This document shows, piece by piece, positions 60,723 to 64,000 of a DNA stretch of 64,000 nt (position 1 is the stretch's first letter; every line of letters begins with the position of its first letter). The notes below the pieces were generated by a model. That model worked only from the letters and a program-made list of their open reading frames with translations, was not told the DNA's origin and searched no databases. Origin of the DNA: Haliotis rufescens (lineage: Eukaryota); the NCBI RefSeq assembly GCF_023055435.1, contig NW_025963890.1, positions 62,558,001 through 62,622,000 on the forward strand. Direction: 5' to 3'. The position numbers and the translations under genes were made by a program.

Positions 60723-63700
60723 CCTGTTCTAACCCGATAATACAATGGAATTGCAGAGGACTAAAAAACAATTTTAATGATTTACAGCTATTAACACAGG
60801 ATTTCAAGCCAACTGCCTTTTGTCTACAGGAAACATATTTTAAAAATACAGATCAACTCAACATCAGACAATATGATTCTTATCATTTCCTTTCACCTCC
60901 AGGAGCTAAAGCAACTGGAGGAGCTTCAATCCTGGTGAGGCAAGGTATTATTCATAGCCCTGTTCCTCTGAATACACCTCTACAAGCTATTGCAGTTCGT
61001 ATCACTATGCACATTGTTTTTACTCTGTGCTCTCTTTACATTCCTCCATCTGTCTCTCTTTAGCAATCAGATCTTCAAGCTCTCTATGACCAGCTTCCTA
61101 AGCCCTGTATTATAATGGGCGATATGAACGGACATAATCCACTTTGGGGTAGAGATCATACCAACGGTAAAGGCAAGCATTTAGAAGATTTTATTTCAAA
61201 CAATACTCTGTGCCTTTTTAATGATAATTCAAACACATATTTACATCCTGGTACAGGCACATACTCTTCTCTGGATTTGTCTGTTACAGATTCCAACCTG
61301 CTAAATGAATTTGAGTGGTCAGTCCACGATGACCTCTGTGGAAGTGATCACTTTCCAACCATTCTACACCCTATTACCCCATCTGATGTTCCTCCGTCCT
61401 CTAGATGGAACTTTACCAAAGCTAACTGGCCTCTGTATGACCTTCTATGTACAGCAAAGTTAACACCTGATCGCTTTACTGACATTCCTGACCCGATAAC
61501 ATGCTTTTCTGATGAACTCATCAAAATAGCTGAAGATTGTGTTCCCAAGTCCTCTGGAATTCCACACATACGTAAACCATGGTTTACTGATGACTGCAAG
61601 CGAGCTAGGAAGGTGAGGAAAAAGGCGGAGCATTATTTCCGCCGCCATCCTATGGTTCATAACTTAAATAAATTTAAAATCTTAAACGCAAAAGCCAGCG
61701 TACATTTAAAGAAAGTAAACGCCAATCTTGGCGAAATTATGTGTCAAAAATAAATTCAAGGACGCCCATGTCCAAGGTATGGAACATGGTCCAAAAAATC
61801 AAAGGTAAGGGCACTAAAGCTAGTATTCATCATCTTAAAAATGGGGACCAACTACTAACTCATAAATCAGATATTGCTAATAAACTTGGCGAAACTTTGT
61901 CGAAACACTCTTCCTCATCTAACTATGTACCTCAATTCCAAAAGTATCAAAAACAGCAAGAAAAGAAACCTATAAATTTTAATTCAGATAATCGGGAAGA
62001 TTATAATGAACTATTCTCTATTCATGAACTCCACACTGCCCTTGGACAAGCTCACGATACTGCTACAGGAGCTGATCACATACATTATCAACTCCTGAAG
62101 CACTTACCAGAATCATCCTTAGAAACACTTTTGAATATTTTTGATGTCATTTGGACCTCAGGGAAGTTCCCTCCTTCGTGGCGTGATGCTATAGTTGTCC
62201 CGCTCCCCAAGCCCGGTCGAGATCATACTGACCCATCAAATTACCGACCAATATCATTGACAAGCTGCGTTTGCAAAACCATGGAACGCATGATAAACAA
62301 TCGTCTCGTTTGGTACCTGGAATCCAATAATCTTATTACTAATATACAATGTGGTTTCCGGAAAAACAGGAGTACCATCGACCATTTGGTTAGCTTGGAA
62401 TCATTTGTTAAAAATGCCATAATAAATAAACAACATGCAGTGTCTATCTTTTTCGATCTAGAAAAAGCATATGACACTACATGGAAACATGGTATTTTAA
62501 AAGATTTACATGATTTTGGATTACGAGGCCGTTTGCCTCAATTTATATCCGCATTTTTAACTGACAGGCAATTTCAGGTCCGCGTGGGATCTACCCTGTC
62601 TGATCATTATAATCAGGATCAGGGTGTCCCACAAGGAAGCATCTTGTCTGTCACATTGTTTAGTATTAAGATAAATAGTTTGTCTAAAGTTTTAAATGAT
62701 TCGATTGATGGATCGCTCTTCGTGGATGATTTTAATATTTCTTGTCGTGGCAAAAACATGCATACTATTGAAAGGCAACTACAGCTCTGTTTAAATAAAA
62801 TCCAGAAATGGTGTCTCGAAAATGGTTTTAAATTTTCAAAATCTAAAACCAACTGTATACATTTTTGTAGAAAATATAAACCCCATAAAGATCCAGAAAT
62901 AATTTTAGATAACACTCCCGTTAAAGTTGTAAAGGAAGCCAAATTCTTAGGTCTAATATTCGATCATCATTTGACCTTTCTGCCCCACATTAAATACTTA
63001 AAGAATAAGTGCTTGAAGGCCCTAGATTTATCAAACGTTGTCTCAAATTGTAAGTGGGGAGGGGATCAAAAAACCCTCCTCCAACTATATCGAACACTTA
63101 TCTGCTCGAAACTTGATTATGGCTCCATCATATATGGTGGAGCCTGTAAGAGCAATTTAAAATTACTTGACACCATTCATCATCAGGGCCTGAGGCTTTG
63201 CCTGGGAGCCTTCAGAACTTCACCTGTTCATAGTTTGTATGTGGAAGCTAACGAGCCTTCCCTAAAACACCGTCGCATTTAATTAGCTCTCCAATATATC
63301 TCTAAATTACGTTCCAATAACTCCAATCCAGCATATGACTGTGTTTTCAATCCCCTTTACGGTAATCTATTCCAAACAAAATCTTCTCTTATTCCACCAC
63401 TAGGAATACGACTACAAGCAGATATTTCTGCTGCTAACATTAACCTTGGTAATATAGCCCCCACTCAGCTTTTCTCTTCTCCACCATGGCAGTTAGTACA
63501 TCCAGAGGTGGATCTAACTTTAGCTAAACTGAAGAAATCTGACACAAATCAACTAATTTATCAACAACAATATAATGAATTAAGGAACACATATAATACT
63601 TACAAATCCATATTTACAGATGGATCCAAGGATGGTGCCGCTGTTGCAAGCACCACTGTCATTGGATCCAGGACCATATCATCTAGATTACCGAATGACA

Positions 63701-64000
63701 GTTCTATTTTTACAGCGGAATCGCAGGCAATATTAACTGCTCTTAAATATATACATACCCAATCTAAACATAAACGGTTCATTATCTTCTCTGATTCACT
63801 TTCCTGTCTTCAGGCAATTAATAATATATCTTGTCATCATCCACTTTTACGTGAAATCATTGAACTACAAAATGATCTTGCTACTGGTCAGTACGACATC
63901 GTCTTTTGTTGATTACCAAGCCATGTTGGTATCATTGGTAATACAATGGCCGATGCTGCTGCAAAAGCAGCACTCACCAAATCTGTGACACCACTTCTTC
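60719..64000 (+). pseudogene. LINE ORF2 (AP endonuclease, reverse transcriptase, RNase H), disabled
   Basis: APE: IIQWNCRG, LQET, GDMNGH, SDHFP. RT: YRPISLTSC, FDLEKAYD, GVPQGS, FVDD. RNase H: FTDGSK, FTAE, FSDS, PSHVG..GN..AD. Stops at 61061, 63280 and 63910; frameshift near 61695. Confidence 0.93.

Larger units (their letters stand above)
59146..64000 (+). mobile_element. Near full-length I/Nimb-type non-LTR retrotransposon (ORF1 + APE-RT-RNase H ORF2), running off the window
   Basis: Homology to the sulfatase upstream region ends at ~59146; the exact 5' boundary is inferred. ORF1 and ORF2 described below. Confidence 0.93.

Overview
AT-rich animal genomic DNA with two short assembly gaps. 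The repeat families resemble those I recall from gastropod molluscs, most plausibly abalone (Haliotis); that taxon call is an inference. The main feature is a same-strand (minus) tandem array of intronless arylsulfatase-B-like (formylglycine S1) sulfatase genes with signal peptides. Five copies are intact (8350-9798, 14952-16394, 22162-23604, 42735-44177, 50643-52085). One full-length copy is recently disabled (57623-59070), and four remnants are deleted or truncated (~2365-2530, ~13040-13618, ~40190-40483, ~41964-42187). Catalytic residues are invariant, while a few residues next to the active site differ between copies. A 100-nt tract points to inter-paralogue gene conversion, and a compact TATA/GATA/CGTGAC promoter is shared. 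The spacers are duplicated blocks full of mobile DNA: a 12.5-kb CACTG-ended element with a 3-bp TSD, an I/Nimb-type LINE with RNase H plus fragments, a DD34E Tc1 element and MITEs, a Harbinger-type MITE with a nested TTAA element, a Helentron-type HINE, a DIRS-like gag remnant, Penelope-like RT remnants with a repeated structured tail, and three SINE families. Several insertions are confirmed by empty sites in paralogous spacers. All calls are by eye; no database searches were run.
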